Virus record (IMG/VR): IMGVR_UViG_3300046804_004214
Reading direction: 5' to 3' (one strand)
DNA from: an uncultured virus (IMG/VR IMGVR_UViG_3300046804_004214)
Taxonomy: Duplodnaviria; Heunggongvirae; Uroviricota; Caudoviricetes
DNA length: 64,000 nucleotides
How positions within the stretch are numbered: the stretch's first letter is position 1; every line of letters starts with the position of its first letter. Made by a program: the position numbers and the translations under genes. Shown piece by piece: positions 8,941 to 19,640 of the stretch. Below the pieces are notes generated by a model. It was not told the origin of the DNA. It was given only the letters and a program-made list of their open reading frames with translations, and made no database searches.

Positions 8941-10389
8941 TCACATAAGGTTCTTAACAGCAACTCTTCTGTAGTAGCGGTTGCTGTTAACTTTCAGGCG
9001 ACCAAGACCCTGACCATCAGTTACTGATCCCTCAGCAAATGGGTTAGCAACGAGACCATAGCGGGTCTTGAAGCCGATCTTGGGCTGGAAGCTGTTCTCA
9101 CCAACGGCACGTACCATTTGGAGAGGAACATATGGGCAATAGAAGAGACCAGCGTCATAAGGTGAAGAACCCTTATAACCGACAACATAGTACTGGTTTC
9201 CTGGAGTTGCATTGCCTGAAGTCAGGTTAGCAGCATATGGGTCGATGTAGACGCGGAATTTGCCCATCAGAGTACCAGCAAAGGTGTTGCCGGTGTCGTC
9301 TACTTGAAGGTTAGCATTCAGTGCAGGAGTATAGTCGAGAACACCAGCCATGGTCAGTGCTGAAGCAACGTCAGCAGAGCACATGATGATGTTACCCTTT
9401 CCTCTACGAGTTCTCTGAGCGATAGCGTTAGCATCTCTCTCGATCTGGAAGAGTAGACCCTTGAACTTCTCAACTGACCAACGACCATTGGAGTCAACAT
9501 CGAGGTCGAAGATACCTGGAGTTGCAACGTTCTGAACAGCACCTTGCTCAGCAACCTTGTAGATGGTTCTGATAACTTCGCGGTTGATCTCAGCAAGAAT
9601 CTCAGTTGAGAGAATATTTGCGAGTTCTGCTTCAGCATTCAGACCATGGATTGCCTTGAGGTCTTGAGCGAGTTCGAGTGAATACTCAGCTTTCAGAGCG
9701 CGTGACTTTGCAGTAACAGTGACTTTCTCGATTGAGAAAGCCATCTGGTTGAATGCATCTTCAGCAGTTCCGTCAAGATTTTCTGCCGAATCAGTTCTCA
9801 TTCCCTGACCGACATTATATCCAGTAGAACCAGTTGAAGCAGCAGTACCAACTGGGTTCAGAAGTCCTGGGTTTGATCCATACTGAACAGTTGTGCCCAT
9901 ACCAGCATTAACGTCAGAGAAACCACCAGCGTCATCAAGAGCTTTTGGTTGACCTGAGAATACTGTATCTGCTTCGTTATAGAATGCTTCAGCGCCACTC
10001 TGATTAGTGTAGCGTGAACGCATTGCAAAGATGAGTCCAGTAGGACCACTCATTGGTTGAACGCCAGCCAGGTCATAAGCGACCAGGTTAGGCATTGAAC
10101 GGCGGATGAGTGAAATTAGAACCGGATCAAAACCTGCAGTAGGACCGCCAGGAGTTGCACTACCACTGAAACCAGCAGCACTAGCAGTGCTGCCTGTGGA
10201 GTTGGTTGGAGCTTCCATCAGGTTGCCGATGCCACCTGAATTAAATGCAGTTTCTTCTTTTAAGAATCTTTCTTGGTTTTCGAGCAGGACAGCGGTTACA
10301 GCTCTACGATGAGAATCTTTGATTGGATCAAGACCCTGATAGTCTAGAAGAGGTGCCCACTTTTCCTGCAGATGCTCTGATTGGAACAT
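8941..10389 (-). CDS. g23: Major capsid protein precursor
   Basis: AGVQPMSGPTGLIFAMRSRY, KSRALKAEYSLELAQDLKAIHGL, FQPKIGFKTRYG. Confidence 0.99.
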   Translation of the reverse strand: MFQSEHLQEKWAPLLDYQGLDPIKDSHRRAVTAVLLENQERFLKEETAFNSGGIGNLMEAPTNSTGSTASAAGFSGSATPGGPTAGFDPVLISLIRRSMPNLVAYDLAGVQPMSGPTGLIFAMRSRYTNQSGAEAFYNEADTVFSGQPKALDDAGGFSDVNAGMGTTVQYGSNPGLLNPVGTAASTGSTGYNVGQGMRTDSAENLDGTAEDAFNQMAFSIEKVTVTAKSRALKAEYSLELAQDLKAIHGLNAEAELANILSTEILAEINREVIRTIYKVAEQGAVQNVATPGIFDLDVDSNGRWSVEKFKGLLFQIERDANAIAQRTRRGKGNIIMCSADVASALTMAGVLDYTPALNANLQVDDTGNTFAGTLMGKFRVYIDPYAANLTSGNATPGNQYYVVGYKGSSPYDAGLFYCPYVPLQMVRAVGENSFQPKIGFKTRYGLVANPFAEGSVTDGQGLGRLKVNSNRYYRRVAVKNLM

Positions 10390-10443
10390 TTGCTTTTTAC
10401 CTTTTACTAAGTGTTTGTTTTTTGGGTTTGAATTATATTAAAT

Positions 10444-11625
10444 TCAATTTTTTCTAAAACCTGAAAGTGTTCTCAGGTATGCTGCCATAGAGTCAGAAAC
10501 TTGTTCTTGAACTACATCAGTGCTCTCTGAGAGAGTTTCAGTTTTAGATGAAGGAGAAACTACTCTTGAAGGGAAATATGATTCCTTCAAAGTCTCCAGT
10601 TTTTCACGATATTCTGTTTCACTTTCAAACTCAACACTTTCGGCAAGTGAAGCGAGCTTGTCTTTCTGAGTAAGAGCAAGTCCCTCAGAAACTTGTTCAA
10701 AGATTCCATCCGCAACCGCCTCTGCAAGACGCTTGTTTAGGGAAACATTTTTCTCGATTTGCTCGTTGAGTTTTGTCTCCATTTCATCAAGTTTTTCTAC
10801 CATGCTCTCAAGCACATCATATTTATCTTCAGGGATTGATACATAATGTTCTTCAAAAAGACCCTTCATTCCAGCAAGGAATGATTCGGTCATTTCGGTC
10901 TTTAGACCTTGCTCAATGACGAGTGAATTCTCACTGAACCACTCATCGGAAACATACTCAAGGTATGCATCAACACGCTCTTTGAGGTCTGATTTAATTT
11001 CTTCAACCTCTTCAGCAAGTGCAGCTGCATACTGCTCCTCAAGGGCTTCTTGAATATCAGAAACCTTTGAACGGATAGCTGCTTCAAAAATGGTGCGTGC
11101 TTTCTCTTGGAATTCCTCAGAAAGCTCCTCACCTTCTAGAAGAGCATTGACATCTTCTTCAATATCAAACTCTTCTTTCATTTCATCTTCATCATCCTCA
11201 GAATCATCTTCTTCATCTTCGTCAGATTCTTTCTTTTTATTTTCTTTCTTCTTGTCTTCTTCTTTATCTTCAGCTTCTACGAGTTCATCGTCTTCATCAT
11301 TCTCTTCTTCAATTAGGTCCTCATCATCCAGTTCTTCTTCTTCCTTACGAAGACCTTTCATTGTTTCAGCAGCTTTAGCTCCTTTGTTGACAACATCACT
11401 TACTTGCTTAAGAGTTGCACCGGGTGTTTTAAGTTTTGCTGAATCATCATCTGGACGATAGTTGGAAGGATCTGGACCACCAAGATCTTCCCAACCAGCA
11501 GTTTGACCATCAGGAATATTTGCAGTTAATTTTGGCATCGCTTCCGCTGCTTTGGCATTAGCATTGACAGCGGTTTTGGATTGCTTAGTGCCTACTTCCA
11601 TTTCTTGTAAATCTCCACGAGACAT
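10444..11625 (-). CDS. g22: Prohead core scaffold protein
   Basis: Acidic; ELSEEFQEKARTIFEAA; lies between g21 and g23; late promoter at 11664-11671. Confidence 0.93.
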   Translation of the reverse strand: MSRGDLQEMEVGTKQSKTAVNANAKAAEAMPKLTANIPDGQTAGWEDLGGPDPSNYRPDDDSAKLKTPGATLKQVSDVVNKGAKAAETMKGLRKEEEELDDEDLIEEENDEDDELVEAEDKEEDKKKENKKKESDEDEEDDSEDDEDEMKEEFDIEEDVNALLEGEELSEEFQEKARTIFEAAIRSKVSDIQEALEEQYAAALAEEVEEIKSDLKERVDAYLEYVSDEWFSENSLVIEQGLKTEMTESFLAGMKGLFEEHYVSIPEDKYDVLESMVEKLDEMETKLNEQIEKNVSLNKRLAEAVADGIFEQVSEGLALTQKDKLASLAESVEFESETEYREKLETLKESYFPSRVVSPSSKTETLSESTDVVQEQVSDSMAAYLRTLSGFRKN

Positions 11626-11663
11626 TTGAACTCTCCGTTTAACCTTTAGTTATAAACTATATT

Positions 11664-11671
11664 TATTTATA
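11664..11671 (-). promoter_or_regulatory. Late promoter TATAAATA (g22-g23)
   Basis: Exact consensus in the intergenic region. Confidence 0.8.
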
Positions 11672-11681
11672 ATTTAATAAA

Positions 11682-12332
11682 TTACAATGAGTTTAAAAAC
11701 TCATTGAAAAGTGATAATTTGTACTCTTCCAAAATACCTTGATCAACTAGACTATTTATTTTATGTTTAGTGCTTTCTGCTACTTTTTCTCTCAACCTTC
11801 CACCATCCCAAATCCACTCTTTACCTTCCATAATACCTTGAACGAATGCATCAGGTGCAGAAGGATCAGCAACAATATCAGCGGCAGTTGCAAGCATAAA
11901 ATCTTCACCAACTTCTTTATGTCCTTCTCTTGTTTCTCTTAAAGAACCAATACCGCGAGAAGAAACTCCAAGACAAACACCTTCTTTTAGAAGTGATTCT
12001 GCAATCTTACCCATTGGAGTTGAAAGAATCTGTGCCTTTCCAATAAAATTGTTTCCTTCTTGAGTAAGAGAAACAATTTTATGCGAAACCCTATCAAGAT
12101 TGACTGTAGGACCATCAGGATGTCCAAGTTCTCCAAGAGCACGACCTTTATCTACGTATTGCTCAGTATATCTTTTTACTTCACGCTCCATAATCGCCAT
12201 TGGATACATACGTCCATTGCGATTTACACATTCTGCTTGAAGAAAAGGTCCTTGGATGTAAAGTTTTTTGTCTTCACCTTTTCCTTCAACAACAACTTCT
12301 ACCTTTTCGATTTCTTCCGTAATGAGTTTCAT
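11682..12332 (-). CDS. g21: Prohead protease
   Basis: NRNGRMYP, ALGELGHP, GVSSRGIGS, DIVADPSAPDA. Confidence 0.97.
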   Translation of the reverse strand: MKLITEEIEKVEVVVEGKGEDKKLYIQGPFLQAECVNRNGRMYPMAIMEREVKRYTEQYVDKGRALGELGHPDGPTVNLDRVSHKIVSLTQEGNNFIGKAQILSTPMGKIAESLLKEGVCLGVSSRGIGSLRETREGHKEVGEDFMLATAADIVADPSAPDAFVQGIMEGKEWIWDGGRLREKVAESTKHKINSLVDQGILEEYKLSLFNEFLNSL

Positions 12333-12889
12333 TATGCTTGTCCTGTAATTTGTACTTGTTGATAGTAAAGAGTCCCCGACCCTGCACCATATGCAGAAAC
12401 CTTATTTGAAATTGATACGCTGGCATCATTCGAAGAAAATGTAGTAACAATTCCACTTGAATCATTAGCAACTGTCATTCTAGTTTGATAATAACCATCA
12501 ACTCCAGTAGAAGTATCAACTGACAAAACTTCTTTATGAGTGAAATTGTAGTAAGATTGACCATTCGCTGATAAAGTTACATAATCACCAACACCAAATG
12601 GAACTTGAGTTCCTTCCGGAACAATAACTTTAGTCGTTGTTCCAGTTATTATTCCAACAACACGATTAGATGCTTTGGTAAGAGCGAGTGTTGCTGTGTT
12701 TCCTGAAGGAATATAATAATCAGTGTTTGTAGCAGCAGGAGTTCCCACACCAATCTTGACGTATGCTCCTGCTCCTTCAGCAACAACTCTAAGTACACTT
12801 GATTGTACAGAAAAAGAATTTGGTGATGTAGTTGCAGTACCTGCTGAAAATGTAAATGAGGAACCAACCCCAACTGGTCTATGAGCCAT
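12332..12889 (-). CDS. Hypothetical, probable virion protein (S/T/G-rich, beta-rich)
   Basis: Own late promoter TATAAATA at 12913-12920; TAATG coupling to g21. Confidence 0.7.
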   Translation of the reverse strand: MAHRPVGVGSSFTFSAGTATTSPNSFSVQSSVLRVVAEGAGAYVKIGVGTPAATNTDYYIPSGNTATLALTKASNRVVGIITGTTTKVIVPEGTQVPFGVGDYVTLSANGQSYYNFTHKEVLSVDTSTGVDGYYQTRMTVANDSSGIVTTFSSNDASVSISNKVSAYGAGSGTLYYQQVQITGQA

Positions 12890-12929
12890 TATTTTAAATA
12901 AACACTTTTAGTTATTTATAAATTGCAAA

Positions 12930-14276
12930 TCACCTACTAATTTCTTCCCAGTCTATCGCGGCAAAAACTGTAGCATTTCCAGTATCACTAGTACAGACTA
13001 TAGATAACTCATATGGAGTTTTAGTTAACCCATCTCTTTCTAACTGGAATTTAAATAGTGCTTCTTTTAGAATGTCAACCGAATTAGAACTTTGTTGGGT
13101 GGAATTAAAAAATCCAGACGCTAAAGTCCTTCCCCCAACATAAGTTCCCCCATCAATTTTATATTCAACGGCACTATCAACCCCAGCACTCACCCAACTT
13201 CCTCCGGATGATGTTCCACCCGCTCTGACTTGCCAGTTATAATTTGCATTATTAGTATTTCCTAGTAGTGAAAGTGCTGTTAAAATTACTATAGCGTCTA
13301 ATCTATCTGGACTTGATTTGAGTCGAATTGAAATAACATTGTAATATGATGATGATGTTGTTAGTCCCACTGGAGATGTGAGTGCAGTTCCTACTGCCTG
13401 TTGCAGTCCTCTAAGTTCATAACCACCCTCAGAAATTACTGAAGAACATACTTGCTTTAAAGTGCTGGAACTAGTTGTCACTCCAGTATTAGAAATCTCA
13501 TATCTTATTGGTAAAGATGCGGTAGTAATATAAGTCGAGTCAATTTGATTTGCGTGGTGGAATGAATGGCAATGAATAAATTGACCATTAATCACAAAAC
13601 CAACTCTAACGGTTCCAAGTCCTAACCATTCAAAATCAGACCACATAATTTGTCCTTTAGAGACATCTAATGTGTATCCAGAAGGTCCAGTTCCATCTAA
13701 TCTATCTACAGCATTCCATGAGGATTGTGGAATTCTACTTTCCGATAAAATTCCACTAACAATACTCCTCTCTACAAAATTTAAATTTGTACTATCAACT
13801 TCAAAATAAATTCCATTATCTGCACCAAAATAACCTACTCTCTGCCTAAGATTTTGTTTTGGTGCATTCATTACGAAAGTATTTAAAACTTCTAAAGACT
13901 TTCCTGGCTGATATGCAAATACTTTAGTGGTTTCTCTAATTACAGAATCACCACTTGTAGTCCCGATACCAATATTAATTAAACCTTGAGTTGTTACAAA
14001 TCCAACTGTAGATCCATTCCCTACAATCAAACTGGTCCAAAGATTATTATCCCTGTATCTATGAGATGAATCAAATAATGTGAGTGGAGATGATATCCTT
14101 AAGCGACCAAAAGCATCAGTTGCTGTTGATACTGGAGAAGAAATAATTGTCCCTGTGACTGGAAATGGATTTTGAGAACTAATTACTTGACCATCACTTG
14201 ATGCAACACCTACAACTTCAAAAAGAGATCTTTCTTGATTTAAATAATCTTGGGTAGTTATATTCCATTGCGCCAT
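12930..14276 (-). CDS. Hypothetical virion structural protein
   Basis: 448 aa; DAFGRLRISSPLTLFD and FAYQPGKS motifs seen in phage structural proteins; inserted between g20 and g21. Confidence 0.7.
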   Translation of the reverse strand: MAQWNITTQDYLNQERSLFEVVGVASSDGQVISSQNPFPVTGTIISSPVSTATDAFGRLRISSPLTLFDSSHRYRDNNLWTSLIVGNGSTVGFVTTQGLINIGIGTTSGDSVIRETTKVFAYQPGKSLEVLNTFVMNAPKQNLRQRVGYFGADNGIYFEVDSTNLNFVERSIVSGILSESRIPQSSWNAVDRLDGTGPSGYTLDVSKGQIMWSDFEWLGLGTVRVGFVINGQFIHCHSFHHANQIDSTYITTASLPIRYEISNTGVTTSSSTLKQVCSSVISEGGYELRGLQQAVGTALTSPVGLTTSSSYYNVISIRLKSSPDRLDAIVILTALSLLGNTNNANYNWQVRAGGTSSGGSWVSAGVDSAVEYKIDGGTYVGGRTLASGFFNSTQQSSNSVDILKEALFKFQLERDGLTKTPYELSIVCTSDTGNATVFAAIDWEEISR

Positions 14277-14279
14277 TTA

Positions 14280-14600
14280 TCAATCAATCCATTCTAATTT
14301 TGATGGGTGGTATCGTTTTGCGTTTTTAATGTTATAATTTTTTTCCATTACTGGATAAATCTGATGAACAACTGCTCCAGGATAATCTGACTGCAGTTGC
14401 TCTCCCAAATCTCTTGTGGATGGAATACCATTTTTAGTAATAAGTTCTAGTCTATAGAGACTTCCATTCCACATTACATCTGCAACATATTCCTCACCAA
14501 CTTGCTGTGGTGGTTCTGGTTGAGAATTAATATAAAGATTTCCTGTAAAATCGCCAGCAATATTAACCGATTCTGAGATAAATTGCCTGAAGGATTTCAT
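14280..14600 (-). CDS. Hypothetical head-associated protein (start corrected to MKSFRQFISE)
   Basis: ATG at 14600; MKxFxxFxxE N-terminus resembles T4 internal-protein capsid-targeting sequences. Confidence 0.75.
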   Translation of the reverse strand: MKSFRQFISESVNIAGDFTGNLYINSQPEPPQQVGEEYVADVMWNGSLYRLELITKNGIPSTRDLGEQLQSDYPGAVVHQIYPVMEKNYNIKNAKRYHPSKLEWID

Positions 14601-14601
14601 A

Positions 14602-14763
14602 TCATTCCTCTTCTTGATCTTCTTGCCCAAACATACTCATTGCAACTGCAGGACGAAACCCATCAATTTTTTCTGCAGATTTGTTAAAAAGCAATTCTTT
14701 AATCTTATCACTAATCTGAGAAGGAGATTCGTCAGTAGCAATCATATCTAAAAGATCATCCAT
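14602..14763 (-). CDS. Small acidic prohead core protein (gp67-like), 53 aa; not in the ORF track
   Basis: MDDLLDMIATDESPSQISDKIKELLFNKSAEKIDGFRPAVAMSMFGQEDQEEE*, directly after the portal gene; late promoter at 14788-14795. Confidence 0.8.
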   Translation of the reverse strand: MDDLLDMIATDESPSQISDKIKELLFNKSAEKIDGFRPAVAMSMFGQEDQEEE

Positions 14764-14790
14764 TTTTAATACCTAAGTAATTTTCTTTAT

Positions 14791-16482
14791 TTATATTTCA
14801 CCACCCTTGGGCATTTCTGCCGCTTTGGTGCTAGGTTCAGTTGCATTTGCATTAATTTCTGGTTCCATCACTGGCTGACCAAGATCCATCTGTGCTGGTT
14901 GTTCGGTCTGACTAGATTGATCCAATGGCATTCCGGTCATAGGATCAACTGGAATATTTGGATCTGGGATAATTCCATCTTTAATTTCTTTCTTGATAAT
15001 TTTATCTTGTTCAATAATTTCTTCGTCGGTTTGGCGAAGAATTTTTCTTCTTACATAATCCTGAGAGAAATATTTTCCGACATATGGTTCTGCAATTTGA
15101 ACCATTCCAAGACGCTCATTTAAAAGTTCTGCGTCTTTAAGTTCTGCAAAGTGATTATCATAAAGAAAATCATACTGAATGTGTTCACTCATAATATCCC
15201 AGTCTTCTGGGGTAATAATATTTTTCAGAATTAATTGTGTCCTAAGCATATCATGGAACATATAAGAAAATCTTTTTCTCAAACGAGCCACAAATTTGCT
15301 GAACTTAACTTCATCTCTAAGAATTTCAGAAGAACGACCTAGATTAAAACCACCTTCTCCATCCATTCTTGATGGGGGAACATTTAGAGAACGATATAAT
15401 TTTTTCTTAAAGTATTCAATATCTGTAATTTCACCAAGATTCTGACCACCAGGAAGAGTTGTGATTTCAGTTCCTCTACCACCTTCACGGCGAGGAAGCC
15501 AGAAGTCCTCAAGCATTGCCATGAACTTTTTATCATCACGAATTTCGCCAGTATTTGCATCATATACAAGTTTATTTCTATATCTCATCATAACATCACG
15601 AAGATATTGTTCTGCTTTTACCTTCGGTAGATTCCCCACATCAATGTAAAAAATGCGACGCTCAGGTGCTCGTGATAGGCGATAGATAACCAAAGAGTCC
15701 TCAATCATTCTTAGTTGATTGAGAGATTTGATTGCTTTGTGTAGATATGAGAGTGTTGATCCTTTATTTCTATCTACTAAACCTGAAGTGCAATAAGTTA
15801 CAGAATCTCTGGACATTTTAATCCCTTGAGATCCTCCCATAGAAGACGGATTTCCTGTCGGATATGTTAACTTTGGTGAGTAAATAAAATATTCCTCAAT
15901 TTCTGGGAACTCATAATCCATAGGATTATCAACATTCGTATTACTTACTCTAAATCTATCCTTATCATCTTTTTTTTGTTGTCTAATGTACCTCATTTTC
16001 ATGGGATCAATGTATCTTAATTCTTGAATCCCATCATTAGGTTTTTTGAGGTCAATAACTTTATGATAATAAATTCTACCATCAATATACCAGTTTCGAT
16101 AAATTTCGTGAGATTTTTTATCAAAATCTAGTAAATTTAAAATATATTTAAATTCTTCTCTAATCTTTCTTTTAATTCCATCACTAGCATTTAAATGCGA
16201 TAGTTCTATCTCAACTGGAGTGTCATTAGTGTCGGAAACTATTGCTTCATTTACTATATCTTCAATAGCACTATCACACTCTGGATGTAGTGCCATTTCC
16301 CTATATCTTTTAATTAAATCAAATTCTGTTCTGTAGATACCTTCGATATCAACATAGGACCCAAAAAACCCACTACTCAGGTAATGATCCGCAGCATCCT
16401 CATTATTGGGAGGTACTGGAGATAGAGTAGTGGGTGATAGTGGTTCAGAATCTTCTAAAGAAAATCCAAAAAGTCGTGCCAT
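14791..16482 (-). CDS. g20: Portal vertex protein
   Basis: YRLSRAPERRIFYIDVGNLPK, EDFWLPRREGGRGTEITTLPGG. Confidence 0.99.
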   Translation of the reverse strand: MARLFGFSLEDSEPLSPTTLSPVPPNNEDAADHYLSSGFFGSYVDIEGIYRTEFDLIKRYREMALHPECDSAIEDIVNEAIVSDTNDTPVEIELSHLNASDGIKRKIREEFKYILNLLDFDKKSHEIYRNWYIDGRIYYHKVIDLKKPNDGIQELRYIDPMKMRYIRQQKKDDKDRFRVSNTNVDNPMDYEFPEIEEYFIYSPKLTYPTGNPSSMGGSQGIKMSRDSVTYCTSGLVDRNKGSTLSYLHKAIKSLNQLRMIEDSLVIYRLSRAPERRIFYIDVGNLPKVKAEQYLRDVMMRYRNKLVYDANTGEIRDDKKFMAMLEDFWLPRREGGRGTEITTLPGGQNLGEITDIEYFKKKLYRSLNVPPSRMDGEGGFNLGRSSEILRDEVKFSKFVARLRKRFSYMFHDMLRTQLILKNIITPEDWDIMSEHIQYDFLYDNHFAELKDAELLNERLGMVQIAEPYVGKYFSQDYVRRKILRQTDEEIIEQDKIIKKEIKDGIIPDPNIPVDPMTGMPLDQSSQTEQPAQMDLGQPVMEPEINANATEPSTKAAEMPKGGEI

Positions 16483-16519
16483 AATTAATTTGTTGTCTCT
16501 ATAGTCGTAAGACTATTTA

Positions 16520-17089
16520 TCAGACCTGTTCAGTAGTGGGAGACCAGTATTGTACCTGGAACTCTACTGTGAATTCTTCAATGGTATCTGAACTATCATA
16601 TGAAAGGTCAATAGCAGAGATATTAGTTGGGAAAATATCGTAAAACTTATAAGTTTTTGCTGTTTCCAATCCAGAACCAGTGACATTTCCGACCCCAGTA
16701 GTGCTTGCTCCTCTCTTCAGTTGCTTCACAAAAGCAGGTTTCATATAATCATTAGGATCAGTTGCGCCACTACCATCTGCATATTGCGCTACGAATTGCA
16801 TCCAATTTTCCATTACGTTTCTAATAGCAAAATCTTGATCATTAATTACAGTGATCGTCCAAGTATCAAAAGTTCTATCCCCAGCAACTTTAAAAATTCT
16901 TCCTCTAAAAGGAACATCAATTGAAGCCACATTTGATGCTGGAAGAGCAGCTGCCTTGCACAAGATAGGAAAATTGTTGGGGAGATTATCCCCACCCGGA
17001 ATTGGTCCAGGAATAACAACTTCAAAAAGATTAGGTCTAGCTCCGCCACCAAGTAGTGCTGATTTAAAATCTTGAATTGAGTGTGCCAT
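16520..17089 (-). CDS. g19: Tail tube protein
   Basis: GGGARPNLFEV, GDRTFDTWTITV, IEEFTVEFQVQYW. Confidence 0.97.
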   Translation of the reverse strand: MAHSIQDFKSALLGGGARPNLFEVVIPGPIPGGDNLPNNFPILCKAAALPASNVASIDVPFRGRIFKVAGDRTFDTWTITVINDQDFAIRNVMENWMQFVAQYADGSGATDPNDYMKPAFVKQLKRGASTTGVGNVTGSGLETAKTYKFYDIFPTNISAIDLSYDSSDTIEEFTVEFQVQYWSPTTEQV

Positions 17090-17121
17090 TTTTAAGTCCT
17101 CCTTTGTTTTTGGTAATTAAA

Positions 17122-19329
17122 TCAAACGGTGCCAGCTACTTCTTCAAAACTTACTCCAGTTCTAGTAGCAACAAAGGTAAGAGTTACATAATTAATGGAC
17201 TTGGCGGGCTTGAGGAAAATATCAGCCCTAAATTCATTATTATCTATAACATCTGGAGTGTTATTCGATGTATCACAAACAACCAGGAATCCATACAGAC
17301 CCCTCTTTGCTTGTACATCGCGGAGGTATGGTTCTACAATATTTCTAAAGTTTGCTCTGGTAATCTCATCATTCAGTTCGAAGAGTTGAGCTTGAGCTGC
17401 TCTTTGGAGTGCTTGCTCAATTGTAAGGAACAAACGACGAACGTTAATTCTATCAAATGCAGAAGCGTATCCAAGAGCCGTTTTATCCCCAAAGAGAAGA
17501 GTTCCTATGCCTGGTTGTGTTATGATAGAGTTTATTCTCTTCTGATATAATTGATCTCTTTGTGCTTTTGATGGATTATAAGCTAGTTTAACTGCATTGT
17601 TTAAAATTCCTCTTTGCTGACCTGCAGGAGAGAACCAAGGATAAGCAACAATATTAGTACGGGTCATAAGACCTGCAATATCGCCATTACAAGGAATATA
17701 AACAAACTTATTATTAAACCTATCATAGGTATATTTGTATCCACTATCGAAGATTGCATATGATGAAGATTGCAGTGATCCAAAATACTTGATTAGATTT
17801 GTAGTTTGTGTAGTGGTATTAGTTTCACCAACTAAACTTGTTCTATGAGGTCCAATGCAAGCAACACAATCCTTTCTCTGCTCAGCAATAGAAATAAGAT
17901 AATTTGCTTTTGCCTGCGAATCATATGGAGCACTTGCATCTCCTCCCATACCGGGACCCATCATCAAATAATCAACTTCAATATCATCTTTGTTTGAGAA
18001 CAGATTGTATGAAGTCATTAAGTTTGCCAGGGTCGCAGACATTCCTCCATTGGATGAATAATCTTTCCCTCCAGTCAGAGTATAAGTTTTATTTCCAATA
18101 GCACTGAAGATTGTATCCTGAGCTTCTAGACCCCATAAACCATCTGAAGTTGTAACTTTGACCCAATTACCGGAAAATCCTGTTGATTTTGGTGAAGTTG
18201 ACCAATAACCATCCGCAGCACTTGATGGATTGCTTCCTGCATAAATTTGTGCAGAGAAGTCTGCAATATATCTTTCATACCAAATCTTTTGTGGAGAATT
18301 AACAGCAGATATTGCATCAACTGCCTTAGAAAGACCAATATGTTTTTCTAGAAGAGATCCTTGATTTCCAGTTATTGTTCCCAAATCATCAACAACAACT
18401 ACGTGTATTTCATCGTTTTTACCGTTTCTTTCTAAAGTATGTCTGGTTGTTCCTGGTTTTGGTGCAATCGATTTCCAATAAATTGTAGAATTATCGAGAT
18501 CTAAAGTTTGGTTATCGTACCAATCTGAAACGTCAGTTAGTGTATAATCCGACTCACTTCCACCAGAATTATTGACAACTGTTATTGAATCTCCAACTAA
18601 AGCACAATAACCCTTTATATTTTCTGCATAATCTATTTTTGTTTCTGTGCCTGCAGAAGAAACTCTAGAGACTATTTTAACATCAATTGTGCTATTTGCT
18701 CCTGGGCTTACTGTATCAGTTCTAACCCCAGTAATAATGCCTTTAATATAACCATTAAATGTCGATGTAGATCCGGAACCAGAAATTACTGCATTACTTA
18801 CAGCAATAGAAACGCCATATCCAACTGCAACACCATCTGCAGCAAGATCGGTCGTTTGAACCGTTAAAGTTTGATCAGCTAAAGCATCAATCACACATAC
18901 TTTTAAATTTTCTGCCCAAGATCCTGGATTCTTTGCAGCAAAAGTATAGTTGTTGTCAGATCCATCTGAATGGTTTGCAATATAATCATCATAGTTATCA
19001 ATTTTTAAAGAAGTAGTAGCAGCTACACCAACACCAGCATTTGCATTGTTTAGTGTAGTCCCACTAGTTCTAACTACTTTTAAAACCCCTCCATATGAAA
19101 GGAATGAGGATGCAGTCATCCAATATTCATATTGATTGTCAATGCTCTGTGGTTTTCCGAACGTGTTGATTAAATCTTGTTCGGTTGCAATGTCAACTGG
19201 ATAATTTACGGGGCCAATTGGAAAAGGACCCGCAATTGCTCCAATGTTATCTAAAACATTATCAGCTCTTCCTACAGTTAAGTCAACCTCTCTGACGAGT
19301 ACGCCTGGAGATAATTGAGGAGTCGCCAT
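17122..19329 (-). CDS. g18: Tail sheath protein
   Basis: LSPGVLVREVDLT, PWFSPAG, FDRINVRRLF. Confidence 0.98.
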   Translation of the reverse strand: MATPQLSPGVLVREVDLTVGRADNVLDNIGAIAGPFPIGPVNYPVDIATEQDLINTFGKPQSIDNQYEYWMTASSFLSYGGVLKVVRTSGTTLNNANAGVGVAATTSLKIDNYDDYIANHSDGSDNNYTFAAKNPGSWAENLKVCVIDALADQTLTVQTTDLAADGVAVGYGVSIAVSNAVISGSGSTSTFNGYIKGIITGVRTDTVSPGANSTIDVKIVSRVSSAGTETKIDYAENIKGYCALVGDSITVVNNSGGSESDYTLTDVSDWYDNQTLDLDNSTIYWKSIAPKPGTTRHTLERNGKNDEIHVVVVDDLGTITGNQGSLLEKHIGLSKAVDAISAVNSPQKIWYERYIADFSAQIYAGSNPSSAADGYWSTSPKSTGFSGNWVKVTTSDGLWGLEAQDTIFSAIGNKTYTLTGGKDYSSNGGMSATLANLMTSYNLFSNKDDIEVDYLMMGPGMGGDASAPYDSQAKANYLISIAEQRKDCVACIGPHRTSLVGETNTTTQTTNLIKYFGSLQSSSYAIFDSGYKYTYDRFNNKFVYIPCNGDIAGLMTRTNIVAYPWFSPAGQQRGILNNAVKLAYNPSKAQRDQLYQKRINSIITQPGIGTLLFGDKTALGYASAFDRINVRRLFLTIEQALQRAAQAQLFELNDEITRANFRNIVEPYLRDVQAKRGLYGFLVVCDTSNNTPDVIDNNEFRADIFLKPAKSINYVTLTFVATRTGVSFEEVAGTV

Positions 19330-19409
19330 GTTTTTCTCCTGAAGTCTCAGATTCTCTAAAAAATATTTATTAAAATACTATTTTTCATAGGGGAAATGGG
19401 ACGTGAATA

Positions 19410-19640
19410 TTACCAGTCTGGATATTTCCAATCCGAAGAAGAATTATTTCTATTTTTAGAGTTTAAAATTCTTTTTATAGTACATTCTTTACACTCATAA
19501 GAATATGAAGATGCAACTGGACCTCTATCCTTTCTTGTTCTATAAAAACCATCGATTAAATTTTTCATCTCACCACAAACTCTACAATGCCTATCTTGTA
19601 AAAGAAGATGCCCTAATTTTATTTGACCATCTAAATCCAT
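19410..19640 (-). CDS. Small CxxC..CxxC zinc-binding protein (76 aa)
   Basis: CRVC...ECKEC; ATG at 19640 overlaps the g17 stop (TAATG). Confidence 0.75.
   Translation of the reverse strand: MDLDGQIKLGHLLLQDRHCRVCGEMKNLIDGFYRTRKDRGPVASSYSYECKECTIKRILNSKNRNNSSSDWKYPDW

Noticed and set aside
11090..11461. Poly-Ser plus-strand ORF
   Set aside because: Reverse complement of the Glu/Asp-rich tract in g22
14601..14630. N-terminal extension of the 14280..14630 track ORF
   Set aside because: Overlaps the gp67-like gene; the ATG at 14600 is the better start
16501..16516. Hairpin ATAGTC-GTAA-GACTAT after g19 as a terminator
   Set aside because: Weak 6-bp AT-rich stem with no U-tract on the minus strand; it overlaps a late-promoter-like GATAAATA
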